64,000 nt of DNA, from contig OZ024748.1 in assembly GCA_964016885.1 (NCBI GenBank), forward strand, positions 15,128,001 through 15,192,000, read 5' to 3'. Position 1 is the stretch's first letter, and every line of letters starts with the position of its first letter. The notes under the pieces are model-generated. The model worked only from the letters and a program-made list of their open reading frames with translations, ran no database searches and was not told where the DNA came from. The position numbers and the translations under genes are program-made. Source of the stretch: Eledone cirrhosa. Lineage: Eukaryota. Shown here one piece after another: positions 37,060 to 51,090 of this stretch.

Positions 37060-37690
37060 ATCATCATTACCATCACTTCACATGTTTCTCATGCTAGAAA
37101 GGGTTGGATGGGTCATTACATTCCATGAACAGATATAGTCACATGTCATTACCATGATTTTACATCTGTTTCTCATGTAGAAAGGGTTGGATGGGTGATT
37201 ACAAATAAAGAACAGATATAGTCACATGTCATTACCATCATTTTACCTGTTTCTCATGTTACCAAGGTTAGGTGGGTCCTTACCATCTGAGAAGAGACAT
37301 AGTCACATGTCATTGCCATCATTTTATATCTGTTTCTCATGCTGGTAAGGATTAGATGAATCATTACATTCTGAAAAAAGACGTAGTCATATATCCATTG
37401 TCTTTTGGAATAGTTTCTATGTCTGGATACACTTCCTAACCCCAAACACTTAACAGTGTTCGGGGTGCATTTTACTGTGACACAAGCACTACCAATTTAC
37501 AGTGAGAATTATGTGCATTTTATCATGGCATGAGCATTACCACTTTAAATGCATAACAGGAGCATTTTATTATTTTATCATGGCACCAGCACTACCACAT
37601 TACAAAGAGTACTTGATGCATTCTATCATGCCACTAACACCAGCACTTTACAAAATGTACTGGGTGCATTTTATTGTGGCACCAGCACCA
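37060..37690 (-). mobile_element. Old RTE 3' UTR with two internal tandem amplifications
   Basis: Four ~82-bp copies of the tail end (37066-37395), then TTCTATGTCTGGATACACTTCCTAACC, then about five ~48-bp units (37455-37690). Confidence 0.7.
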
Positions 37691-39283
37691 GGAAACTGGT
37701 AAAACTATGTAATTGTAAACTATGCACAGGCTTTGTGAATTTTAAAGAAATTTCAAATTTTTAAAAGTTTTTATCAGAAAATAAACAAATCACTTTTTTT
37801 TTTTCAGCCAATAATGAAAAATTTAAATTCCAAACAATTTGAATTACTTGAAAAAAAAAAAAAAAATTCAGTTTAATTTTAAAATAATCCCGTTACTATC
37901 ATTTTATTTGAATTATTTCAAATATAATTTAATCATAATTAATAGAAATTAATTAACTAGTTCATTTAGGAATGAAATTCAATGTTGGTATAATGTACAC
38001 AAATATTTCTCCTCTTTTGTTATTTGTTTTGTTTTATTTTCTTCTTATAAAATAAGAAATAATAAAAGGAAAGAAAAATCAGAAATGAATTTAGATTTTT
38101 CAGTAATCTTTGATCATTTCTTTGTTTTAAGAAAATATAACAAAAAATACCCAAAACACAAATCTTATTTAATACATGTAATCTTTCTACCTAAATTTGC
38201 AACACAATAAAACAGTCTATTTAATTTCCATATAAAGAAGAAAAAATATATAACAAAACAAAAATAATCGCATCAACCACCAAAATTGTGGAGTTTGTTC
38301 AATTGGATTTCTTGTAAGTTATCTTTTGAGGTGAGATAAATGAAAGGCAGTTTTGCAATTTGTGTGAATTGATTGAGGAATAATAATAATAATGATAATA
38401 ATAATTATTATTATTATTAATGATGTTTCTTTGTGTTGTTTCCTTACGTAGAAATTGAGATATATATATATAAAACAGAGAAAAATAAATTTTTTGTTTT
38501 CTTCAAAATTTTAAGAAGGAAATGAAAACCAATAATAATGATGATTGTGATGACGATGATAATAATAAAAATAACAACAACAGTGATGATGATGATATTA
38601 AAAACCTCATACACTAGAGAAGAATGAGGAAAATGAAAAAAAAAAAATAGATAAATGATTGAAATAAAAATTATTATTATATTAGATCTTCTGACTTCTG
38701 GCTTTTTTGTTAATGAAGCAAGGAGATTATTGAGAAATGTTGATTTTTATCATGGTAAATAATCTAAAAATTTGTTCAGAGTGAAAAGTATCTTGTGTTG
38801 TTTCTGTTGTTGTGTGTTGTTTCTTTCTTCCAATTATAAGAAGGCAAAGAAATGAAGTGAAATAGCTTGCAGATTAATGCAAAAGAAAATTGTTGGAAAA
38901 TATTTTCTGATTTTCTAGTCTGTTGCATTTATAAATATCAAAGAAAACAAGAAATTAGAAAGCCAGAGATTTTTAAAATCTATATTTAAACTAAAATTGA
39001 AGAAGAATGCAAAGGTGAAAAAAGAAATGAAAATTTGAAAAGTAATTTTTAAACTTAAAAAGATATTTGCAAGCAATTTTTCCCGAAATAAATTATGATT
39101 AATGTTCGAAGGCATACTCTTATGCAATTTACAAGATATTTATGGAATGTTTAGAAAATTATCATTGATTTTTTCACTTTACTTATAAAACATTGCTAAA
39201 ATCTCTCAAAATCCGTATTCGAAAAATGTGTAGATGTGTGTTTGTATGTATATGAGGATGTGTGTGTGTGTGTGGATTTGAAT

Positions 39284-39590
39284 GTGCATGGTTTAGTGGT
39301 TGTGTTATTCAGTTCATGTTCATAAGGTCACGAGTACAATTCCTGCGAAAACATTGTGTCCTTGAGCAAGGCACTTCATTACATATTACCCTCAGTCCAT
39401 TCAGATTGGAAAAGAAATTGGTTGTACCTTTAATTCAAAAGACCATGTCACACTCTGTAACCCACTTTATCGTCCTGAGAATTAAGTTTTGGGTACACAT
39501 ATCAGGGGAATGTTCAGCCACTTTCACATTAATGCCACAAGCAAGTTGTTGTGTTGGTCAAATAACACTCATTGTTGGTACCAACAGATG
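39284..39590 (+). mobile_element. SINE family 3
   Basis: GCATGGTTTAGTGGTT A box, GAGTACAATTCC B-box-like, GTGTCCTTGAGCAAGGCACTT, body GTTGTACCTTTAATTCAAAAG..TGTCAC. Confidence 0.75.
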
Positions 39591-39618
39591 TGTATCAGCA
39601 TACATGTGCATGAAAGCA

Positions 39619-39681
<63 letters not shown>

Positions 39682-42600
39682 CCATGTAAGCATGTTTACA
39701 TATGTATGTATATGCTTGAGTATATATGGAAACATTTTTCTACATATGTATATATGCTTCTGGGTGCATGTAAGTATGCTTGATTATGTATACTTGTCTG
39801 TGAATCTAAGCATGGTTGTATATGTGCATATATGTTTGTGTGTGCATCTAAGTATGTTTCTATATGTCAATATGTGTGTATGTGTGCTTGTTTGTATAAG
39901 AGTATATATTCTTATGTCTGCATATGTAGATGTTTTTATAAAATATACATGCTTGTGTGTATATGTGTGCATGTTTGTATCTGACTATATATGCTTGTGT
40001 ATGCAATTTTTTATTGCATTTAAGCCACAAGGTTTTTTTATTTTTTTAAATAGCTATTATAGAATACACATTTTTCAATATAACTTATTTTTGTCATAAT
40101 TATATAGTCATAAAGAACTGCTTGCAAAGATCCTATTTCAATACTGAAAGTTTATATGAGCTTATAATTAACTGACAGTCAGATGACAAAATGCTTAGAA
40201 CCTAGGGCTCAATGTTTTGCAGTTCTGGATCTCTGTGCTTCTGAGTTCCAATCTTGCTGTAATTCATTTTACCATTCATTTATTCAAATTACATATATAA
40301 AAATCCAGTCCAAAGTGGGGGTGGTCGTGGTGGTGATGAATTGTGGAATTGTTCAATCATTGGATTGGATAACTTGATGCTTGTATCTGCTCCAGCTCAG
40401 CTCATATTCAGTTTAAATTCCACCCTCTGTCACTAGGAAATAAATTGGCTACACTTCTGCCAATAATTATAAAAGATCTGTGATCAAACTAACATAACCT
40501 TTTTGTTATCAAACTGTCTGAAACTACTCCTGATTTTACAATACAAAACTCTTTGATTTAAAGTATTTATATATATTTTTAAAGCATTCTATCATACTTT
40601 TATGTAAGAATCTTTATTAAGTTTGGATCCAAATACCAGATTAATAATATGAATGTTAGTTATGTTGATAAATCCTTCCAAATACTTGATTATTTTCAAA
40701 ATTACATGAAACGCATAGGCAATGCCTTTCAAGTAAAATAAAGTAATGTTAATGTATTATTCAATGTCAAGTTGAAATGAGTACAATACTATTTCCCAAA
40801 TACAAGCTCTTAATATGGAATGTATTTCAGATATTATAATTAAGTAAAAGTTATAACCATTTGAAAAAAAAAAACAAAAAAAAACAGAATAAAAGTATGA
40901 AAGTTATGAGATCAATAGTAATTTTTATTTTGAAAATAAATAAAAGAATCTTGAAATATTGAAGAAGATTAAAGCACGTTTCATTTTAATATGTTCATGT
41001 CAAGAAGTGTGTGAAATTTTAAACATGAAGTACAAAGTATAATTCTTTTTTCAATTCATACAATATTATCTATTTCATATAGACATAACCTGAATAATTT
41101 TGCAATCAATTTTCTTTGATTTCTTTGCATAAAATAAATCTTATTAGAGAGATCTTAGACGTCATGCAGATGAATGTTGTGAACAAAATTGAACTAAGAT
41201 TAACTCTTTCATTACTATATATGTTATGAAATATGGCATCAATGTGTTTCAAATAGTTTGGAAAATGATTAAGAATTTGAAAGGATTTAGCTGTCTTGTT
41301 AGTTCTCAAATGTTTGGAATATAGCTTAAGAAAGTGCAAAATTATATAAAATTAAGATGAAAGGTTTTGAGACTGATATAAATACTGTAAAACAAACAGC
41401 TTTGTATTGTAGAACCAGAAACAGTTTCAGATGGTTTTATATTAAGAGAGTTTTTAAAGAACAGTTCGTTAAGTGAAGAATGTTATACTTTTACCATTGT
41501 AACTGATGCTATTGCTATAAATCCAGAAGCTATTTAGAAGATGTATTAATTTAACAAGATTTTGTTGTTATTTTTGTTTTGTTTTGTTTGGTTTGGTTTT
41601 ATGTAAAGTATTGAATAATATCATTAATCTTTTTGATATGAAACCACCTGTAACTGCTCCTGGCTATCTATAATACAAAACTGTTTCTTTGACAATATTT
41701 ATATTTATCAAAAATCTTTCCATCTTATTTGTACATAAGAAATTTTGCTGAGCTATGTTTAAAACTTCAGACAAATAATGAGAAAGTTATTTTATTAAAT
41801 TCCTACAAATACTCGATTATTTTCAAAACTATTTGAAAATTAAAGCCAGAATCTTTCATTAGAAATATGGTAATGAACTGGTAAAATATAATATGAAAAT
41901 CAGCTATGAACCAGAGGGTTTCAAGACTTTCATTAGTAATATGTGATCAAAACTTCACCAGGTGAAAATGATCTCAAAGTAAGACATCCTCATCTCCCTG
42001 TCTGCTGTCCAATCAGCTGTTAAACCCAGGCTCCACCACTTAGAAACTTGTGAGCATATTGTGTCTGACTGAGGCATAATAACTACCTCCTCCTTATGAA
42101 GAACTGATCCACCAAGCTGAAGCTTCTGTATGACTTCCATGATACTTGCAATCTTTATCTGACACAGTATGGAGGAGACATAACAGATGACAAGCTGCAC
42201 TCTCTGTTAGATACAGTGGCCTTGACATTCAATTCCAGTGTAGAGTAGACACAACATATGACAACAAGCTGCACCCAAGATACAGATGTTTCGGTTGTAT
42301 ATAATGATATTCTTTAATCAAGCTAAATCTATTAAAAGTGTCATTGAATATATGTAATCATTAAATATTCATATACAATAAACTTAATTTCATGCCTCAA
42401 ATGAAATATATAATCCCATGATTATTTACTTCCATTTAATGAGTAAAGGAAGAAAAGAGACACTTTTTATCATGAATGGCCATGGGTTCGTCCCTTCAAG
42501 GCACAAGGCTGGGCAGGGTGATCTATGGAAAACTAGGAGTTGCCCATCCCTACAAATCTCCCATGACAACAATGTTGTCGAAGGGAGAACCAAAAGCTGA

Positions 42601-42824
42601 TGGAGCTTGACATCAGTGTCACCAAAATAATACATATATCATCTATATATCATCATTATTATTATTACTATTGCTGTTGTTCAATTGGTTGATGACAGTC
42701 GGTGGGTTCTCGCACCTGGCCGCACTAGCCACCCCACTACCATACACAGCCATAACATGGTTAGTGTTATTACTGTTGACGCAGTTATCATTATAATATT
42801 TGTATTTTGTTCTATATATATAAT

Positions 42825-43169
42825 GGAGGCCCATGGCTTAGTGGTTAGAGCATTGGGCTTGCAATCGAAAGGTTGTGAGTTCAATTCTCAGGCCGGGTGA
42901 TGTGTTGTTTCCTTGAGCAAGACACTTTATTTCACATTGCTCCAGTTTACTCAGCTGTAGAAATGAGATGATAGGCACTGGGGTCCCTATCATTCCACTG
43001 CAAAGTGGTCGTGGAGGTGCCGCAGCAAAAAAGCACCCAGCACTCACTCTAAATGAGGTTGGTGTTAGGAAGGGCATCCAGCTGTAGAAATCAAGCCAGA
43101 ATTAGTTCCAGTCCCACCCTTGCAAGCAGGGAAAAGTGGACGTAAAATGATGATGATAATGATGATGAT
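42825..43169 (+). mobile_element. SINE family 1, full length
   Basis: Near-identical to 1805-2165; RTE-B tail and (GAT)n; (TA)n on both sides. Confidence 0.9.
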
Positions 43170-43838
43170 ATATATGCACACTATATATATATATATATAT
43201 ATATGCACACTATATATATATATGATGTTGTCCAAGAGAAAGGCAAAAGCCAATAAAGTTTGGCACCTATGTCATCACAACTCATTTTCCCAAGCTGAGG
43301 GACTGGTGCAATGTGAAATAAAGGGTCTTGCTCAACAACACAGCATGCTGTTTGTTCAGTCTAAAATTCAAACTCATAACCTTATGATTATGAGCCTACA
43401 ACTATAACTAGAAGCTACATGAGATCACAGTTTAAAATAAGGACTGTTTTAAATTGTAACAAGAAATATTTAATGTTTTTAATAGATTACTGAAAAGTTT
43501 CCTTTTTCATAGAAAACTTTTCTTTCGAAATTCAATAACAGACAATGCCAAACATAAATTTTTACTTCTCAAATTGAAATTCATTAAATGATAACTGCTA
43601 TGGACATATCTTTTTCCTTGAATTATTTTGTAAAATAAAATTGGAATACAAATTCATCTGTGATTCACATGACTTAGAAATAAGTATATTTTTTTAGCTG
43701 ATTACATTAAATAGTCATTATAATGCAAAACATTGGAATAAATAAACATTTCTTCCACATTGGAAAAATCATTGATAAAAAGTTCTCCAGTGATGTTAGT
43801 ATTTTAAAAGAAAACAGGTTATTTACAAACATAGAAAC

Positions 43839-44070
43839 TTAACCGCTTCACTAATACATTACTAATAAAAGACACCGTATACAATTTTCAAATCAATTTG
43901 AAGATAATCAACAATTTCTCATTACTTTATCTGATATTTGAAAGCTAACTTGATATAGGTTCTTACATAAAATTATGACGGATGGTTTTTTTAGATAAAT
44001 ATAAAGAGCTTAGAATAAACAGTTTCATATCATTTGTTGGTTTCAGATAGTTTAATATCAAAATGGTTAA
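43839..44070. mobile_element. piggyBac-like MITE (degenerate)
   Basis: TTAACCGCTTCACTAAT ... ATATCAAAATGGTTAA; related bodies at ~23800-24058, 40495-40750, 41200-41470, 41624-41885, 47520-47752 and 63225-63650. Confidence 0.55.
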
Positions 44071-45144
44071 GTAAAACATTTAAGTTTCCTGTTAAGCATA
44101 ACTTTATTAAGTTTCTTACATAAAAATATGATGGAAGGGTTTTTTTTTTTTTTTTGTTTTTTTTAAGATAAAAATAAACATTTTTTAATAATCATTTTTG
44201 TATCATAGAACCATAACTAGTTTCAGACAGTTTGATATGGAAAGATTTAACACTGATGGCAACATTCTCTATCATCTTAAAGCTTCACTTCACCAATTTC
44301 TATCAAACAACAGTGAGAGAAAGCTTCAATTATGTCATAATATCTAAATGATAGAATTACTCTCCCCAAAGACTACAACAAACTTGGAGTTTTTTTTACA
44401 GATGATAACCCATTTTAATAATAAAATAATATAAAATAATTCAAAAATAAATTGAATTTAAAAACATATATTACTTTCCATTTCTCCAGCTTAAATATAA
44501 AGACTTCTTCCATTTTATAAGAAATCTAAGTCTAAAGATTGATGTGTAAAACAGATGGTATCTATTTCTTTGTTTATCAGTTGAATTAATGGAACAGCAG
44601 GGTTTTAAATCATCTTATCTTTTTACAAATTACAGTTTTATAGAACATGTTACCACCAGACACTGATTTCTCAATGAAAAATTTTCGTTTTTTTTCTCCT
44701 TCTTTACTTAATGTTTTATGTATAATTTTCTACATATTTCTATGCCAACATATTTATCACCTGTTTGTGTTTGTAATATGCACACACACACACACACACT
44801 CATATATACATATATATACGTTTGTGTGTGTGTGTGTATATATACATAGTTGTGTCTGTGTGTCTGTGTGTGTAGGTGTATATATGAATTTGTATATATA
44901 TATGTGCATGTATATATATATATTTATATGTGTGTGTGTATATTTACACACACAAAGATTTTAAGGCTATTCCTCCGCTAAGGCATGGGTTAGTTTTGTG
45001 GGTCACATGACAGGCTTCATACTCATCATAGACTCCTTTTTGAGGCAATATTTTACATCCAGATGCCCTTTCCTGCTGTCAACCCTTTCAGTCACCTTTT
45101 ACAATATGCTGGGATACAAGTCTTATCTTCTCGGACAACAAAAA

Positions 45145-45600
45145 TAATCGTTTCTACTTTAGGCACAAGGCCAGCAATTAACCAGTGCATTACTGGTACT
45201 TTATTTTATCGACCCCGTAAGGATGAAAGGGAAAGTTAACCTCGGCGTGATTTGAACTCAGACCATAAAGGGACGTAACTCTTTGCTGCAAAGCATGGCG
45301 TCCGACCCTCTACCAATACTGCCAAAAAAAATAATGATTAATGAAAACAATAACATTATTATTATTATAAGGTCAGTGGATTAGTAGTATTGATATATTT
45401 GTAGGGTATTGGAGAACATATGCATTGGGGCAAACAGTTAAGTCCCTTTACATTCTGATTTCAAATACTTCCATGGCTTGCTTTGCCTTTCAAACTTACT
45501 AGGTTGAATAAACAAAGCACCAGTAAACACACTGGGTTCAATGTAATCGACTTTCCCATTCCTCTAAACTTTGTTGGCCTTATGCCTCAATCAGAAACCA
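45145..45600. mobile_element. Two SINE family 2 copies, head-to-head (45145-45325 -, 45370-45600 +)
   Basis: Family core present on opposite strands. Confidence 0.75.
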
Positions 45601-46364
45601 TTTTTCCTATTATTATTGTTTCTTTATTAACCACAAAGGATTTACCAAAAGCACATTAAGGACAGTGTAGTATAATACAATGTAGTTTTTAGGAAACATA
45701 TAAAAAGTGAGAAATAAAAACAAAAGGAGCAACAATAAAATAAATCCCCAAATGGGGAAAGTATTATTATTGTTACTGCTAACTCCCTCCCCTCTTTAAC
45801 TCAATGTAAATCCCTCTCCACACTGTGTTTTGTTTGTATTTCACTTTTGTTCTATCTCTAGAGTCTGGGACCCTTGTGACTAACCCCCCCCCCCCCCCCC
45901 CCCCCCAAAAATGTATTGCATGTTTTCACTGCATTAACTGCGTACAAGTCTGTGCAGTTCATTATCTAAGTGTTGTTGCTTCTGTTATACTGAAAGTATT
46001 TGGTGTAATATGTGTGCAGGGACTAGTTAATGAGTTAACACTGAAAAGTAAGTGATATGCATATTTGTATGGTCTGGAGTTCTGGTTATGTATTTTATAA
46101 TGTTTTATTATTATTAATATCATTATTATTATTCTCAATGCACCTATTATCAATGAACTATTTACGTTAGGGAGGTTTTTTCTGTATTTCCAGATATTTA
46201 TTATTATTATATTTTAGTTTTAAATGTTTATTTTTTAGTCTTCTTTATAAACCTTTCTCTCACATACAAAAAAAAACACACTGTCCCATTTTGTACCGTC
46301 ATTATTGTCCTCTTAATGTAAGCCCTCAGTGGCTAATAAAGAAACCATGCTACTATTATTATTA

Positions 46365-46545
46365 TGAATTGGCAGTATTGGTAGAAGGTCAGACACCATG
46401 TTTTCCAGCATAGTTGCATCCCTTTACGGTCTGAGTTCAAATCCCTTCGAGGCTAATTTTGCCTTTCATCCTTATGGGTCGATAAAGTAAAGTACCAGTA
46501 ATGTACTGAGTAATTGCTGGCCTTGTACCAAAAGTAAAAACAATT
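46365..46545 (+). mobile_element. SINE family 2 copy directly after an L1/Tx1 3' end
   Basis: TTGGCAGTATTGGTAG..GAGTTCAAATCCC..CTTTCATCCTTATGGGTCGATAAA. Confidence 0.8.
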
Positions 46546-49444
46546 ATTATTATAAATACTCCTGAAAATCTAAACCTTAATATGCAGATAATTGATTTTC
46601 TATTTAAATAAAACTATGTGGTACATGCTGCTGAACAACACAATAGTATATATAATATGTTTGATGTTGATGAGTATAATGCTGTATAATGTATAATATA
46701 TGTTGGTGTAAACATTAAATTAATGACTAATGAAAAGGATGTAATTCTATTTGAGAATATATTCTTTCTTTTTTTTAATATATTAAAGCTTAGTTTATAT
46801 AATATTATCCATAACTGTAATAATTCTGGTGCAAAGATAACACAGAATATGCTATTTTTTTTATGCATGATTGATACAGAAGAAAAAAATAGTTGATATG
46901 AAACACAGCAAAGGGAATACAAGTAAAGTCAAATATTTGAAATGATTGTTTAAACAGATATTAAGCCATTACATTGTACTTCACTGTAAATATTGTTTGC
47001 TATTCTTGATGAAATAATTCTTTCCATAGTATGAAAGGAAAAAACATATTTAATACAATACAAGGAAAATATACTTTCATTCATTTCAACAGTAAACATG
47101 AGTTGAAAAAACAGAAATTGGATTGATGTGGGCAGTCGAATAGCTTTGTAGTATTTGATACAGCATTTTTATGTTTTGAAATCAAATCCTGCCCAGGTCA
47201 GTTTTGTCTTTCAGGGATTGATAAAAATAAGTAGCAGTCATTTATTGGGGATGATTTAATTGTGCTCCTCCCTCCCCACCAAATTTCATGTCTTGTATCT
47301 ATGTTAAAAACTATATTATTAGCCATGCAAACAGAGCCCTAAGCACCCCCTTCTCCTAGATATGCCCATCCATCTCCATTTTCCCAAAGGAAATGATTTA
47401 ACTTCACAAATCTAGATTATGAAACTTTTTACTCGGATCACACTAAGAAAATTGCTCAGCCTGCATTTTCTACCACTGCTTTGGATATATCCACAATGCA
47501 GCTACATGACAAAAAATTATTCATTCTTTTCGTTATATTTCTGATGAAAAACACTGACTATAATTGTGAAAATAATATAAAATTTGGAGATTCTTAAATA
47601 AAATTGTCTTACTATTTTTCTCATGTTTGGAACAAAACTTAAATTTTCTTTTATGAAATTATGATTGAATGTTTTTAGATAAATATAAACACTTTTAAAA
47701 TAAACAGCTTTGTATTGCAGAACCAGTAATGATTTGGTATCTAAAGGGTTAATGGTAGTGCCAGCCAGCTCTACATGCAATATATTCTTTTATGCACACA
47801 GTATATTTAGATAGCAGTAATGACTGTAAAGAAAAGAGAACTATGATGAAGAGAATGTGTACTAACCTGCAGCTAGTTTAGATTCACATTTATGGTTTAT
47901 GAATTCCCAACATAAAACAGAATGGAGCTGTAAGCTAACCTAGTAAATGTCAATATTGAAGCTTTGAGGTTAAAAGACTTGATTCAAGAGGATGTGTTTA
48001 GAACAGTTCAACCATACTTCAATTAGACAACATGTGAAAAGATGAACAGTTGAAGAAGGGAGGAAAACTCATTTGTCAACTGCAATCTGCTGCCAGAAAT
48101 GAAGAGCTAACCAACCAGATTATATTCTTGTGATATCTTAATTAAAGCTGCCTGATATTATTATACTATATATACACACACACACACACACATATATATT
48201 CATGTGTATGAGTGGTTCTATGCATATATATGTATGTGTACATATGTATGCGTGTGTGTATTTATGGCTGTATTCTTCACAAAATTGACATAGTTATATC
48301 AGTGAAAGTTGATACTGAGCTTAAGCATCAAATTCTGAACTATATTACATTCCTAAGACATATTACCATGTTCCATAAAAATATATAAACACATAAATAA
48401 GACAGTGAAATTTATTTTATTTTCTAACTTTATTAACTCGTTTGATAGCAACCTACCCAAAACTGGCTCTGGAGAACACATCCAATTCATGCAAGCAATG
48501 GAAAAGCAGACATAAAAATGATGATGTTGATCAAATGACCTCCCCCCTCCACACACACACACACCTTAAAGGGTTCCTAATTAAATTAATATCTTCCTCT
48601 TCACCCAACACATACATAGGTAAGTCTCCGTCTTCCCAATTTCACCCATAAGGCTTGGGTCAACCTAAGATTCCATGCTATGGTAAATGATGCTGAGCTA
48701 AGATTCCATATAGTTGGATTGAATCTAAGACCTAATGGTTGCAAAGTTAACATCTTTAACATTTGACCATACTGCATCCACAATACAATAATTTGCTGAA
48801 AAGTGTAATTCTGTTTTTATTACAAAAGCTGTTTTGTTTCCCAAAAAGCTACAAAAGATGTCTGATTGTCTGAGTGTATGAAAAGAAAATTGGATTTTAA
48901 AATATATGTTATTTAAAAATAAATATCTTGTTACCTATATTTTGTTACTTTTAACTTTCGTCTTTTTCAATTTACTAAACAGTTATATCAAGTTAATCAT
49001 GTTAAAACAGTGAAATGTGGAGATTTGAAGAAAAATACTTTTGTATATCCAATATAATACACTGAAATGATATAAATACTTCTGGGGGAAATTTTCATTT
49101 TATTTTATTTAACAAATCTTATTTTGCTAGAATTACTACATGATTTTCTCAACTAAATTCATGAAAAGGTGATTATAGTATATATTTATTTTTTACTATA
49201 AAGCATATTTAATTTTAACTTTTCTAAGTCTCCATCATTATCATCTTCAACAGCATCTTCGTTTAGCATTTGCTTTCTCTGCTGAAAGACGTTTTTGTTG
49301 ACAATCACAGAAAATGCAGAAATACAAGAACCCCCAAACTCCTGACAGAGTCATAGGTTCACCATTGTGACATGGTGTGTCATGCACATTTTTAAAACCT
49401 AGCAGATCACATCCTTCTCAAAATAAAAACAGTGGATTTCTTCC

Positions 49445-49608
49445 ATATAAATGAGGTTGGTTTTAGGAAGGGCATCCAGCTGTAGAAACCAAGACAAAAT
49501 CGGTTCTGTATGAGCAAGACAAGGTGACCTGATCAGGCATTGCTCACAACAGGATAAATTTTCTAACACATGCCAGCTTGGAAACATGAACTTTAAACAG
49601 TGATGGTG

Positions 49609-49612
<4 letters not shown>
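49445..49612 (+). mobile_element. RTE 3' tail fragment (B-like)
   Basis: AAATGAGGTTGGTTTTAGGAAGGGCATCCAGCTGTAGAAA...; followed by (TA)n. Confidence 0.8.
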
Positions 49613-49661
<49 letters not shown>

Positions 49662-49668
<7 letters not shown>

Positions 49669-49912
49669 GTGAGGTTTTTTACAAAATGAAAAATAACCGA
49701 GGTGTCCTACATGAGTGAAAGTATAAAGAAAAAAAGATGAAATCAAAAATGCAACTGGAGTCTTATTTTTTAAAAAATGTATTTATTTGGTTCCTTTATC
49801 GACAGACCCTCCATCGCAACTCTACTTTTGAAAAGCAGAAGGACTGAGAGACCGATAAAGGAACCAAATAAATATATTTTTTTTTTAAATAAGACCCCAG
49901 TTGCATTTTCGA

Positions 49913-49916
<4 letters not shown>
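49662..49916. mobile_element. Penelope-like pseudo-LTR with internal inversion
   Basis: 49662-49801 matches 19951-20095; 49801-49916 is the opposite-strand copy containing TTGAAAAGCAG..CTGAGAGACCGATA; arms 49740-49801 and 49853-49915 are inverted repeats. Confidence 0.65.
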
Positions 49917-49989
<73 letters not shown>

Positions 49990-50476
49990 GAGAGAGTTCA
50001 GGTTTGGGAGGCCCTGTTTGACAAGGGGCATTGATGGCAAGAAGTGATTTGATAGAGATTTAGCTGCTATTTCTAGGAAACTGATTGAACCTCCATAGAA
50101 ACTTCATAGTTGGATCTTGTTAGTGATTATAATGATCATGATAAACAATGGAAAATATGATAGTCATTATTACAAACTGATTGTTATTTTTATTCTATTC
50201 ATTAAGCTGCTATTTTTGAAACATTAAATACTAATTCACCAAATGCACAAATATGACAGATCAGATATTACAAAAAATATATTATTAAAAGAAGAGTAAA
50301 AATTAGAATTAAAAAATGTTCAATTTGTATTGAATATGTATGAGAAATTTATCTATTCATTACATTTTATAATTACTTTTTAATTTATTTATGGTAAAAT
50401 TATCTATGGTTGGTTTTAATTCCAGCCGTTTTTTGTTTTTTGAGTATATATATTATATTTTTCAAGATTTGCACAT

Positions 50477-51090
50477 CAGTATTTGTAAAGCGTCGGACAA
50501 CATGCTTCGCAACATAGAGTTAAGGCCCTTTAAATTCTGAGTTCAAATCCCGCCAAAGTTAGCTTTGCCTTTTATCCTTACAGGTCAATAAAATAAAGCA
50601 ACAGTAATGCACTGGGGTCAATATAATCGACTTGCCCCTCAACCAAAAATGTTGGCCCACATCAGAATCCATTATTTTTACTATTATTAGGTGCCGAGGT
50701 TGACTTTGCCATTCATCCTTACGGGGTCGATAAAATAAAGTACCAGTAATGCACTGGTAATTTGCTGGCCTTGTGCCTAAAGTAGAAACAATTATTTTTA
50801 CTATTATTAATAATAATAGAGGGCGGTGGATTGGCAGTATCGGTAGAGGGTCAGATGCCATGCTTTGCAGCAAAGAGTTATGGCCCTTTATGGTCTGAGT
50901 TCAAATCCCGCTGAGGTTAACTTTGCCTTGCATCCTTACGGGGGTCGATAAAATAAAGTACCAGTAATGCACTGGGGTCGATTTAATCAAATTTCCCTCC
51001 CCTAAAATTGCTGACTTTGTGCCTAAATCAGAAACCATTACTATTATCATTATTATGATTACCATTGTTATTATTATTATTATCGTCATT
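50477..51090 (+). mobile_element. Head-to-tail array of three SINE family 2 copies (best copy 50821-51036)
   Basis: A box TGGCAGTATCGG, B box GAGTTCAAATCCC, core CATCCTTACGGGGTCGATAAAATAAAGTACCAG, (ATT)n tails. Confidence 0.9.

Noticed and set aside
41955-42290. Higher-complexity segment resembling coding DNA (similarly 430-710, 2380-2870 and 8590-8940)
   Set aside because: The frames I examined are short or stop-interrupted and show no motif I can recognise; probably old TE debris, left uncalled.
47867-47927. Possible minus-strand micro-exon (TTACAG...CAG/GTTAGT)
   Set aside because: Such signals occur by chance in AT-rich DNA; the peptide is not recognisable.
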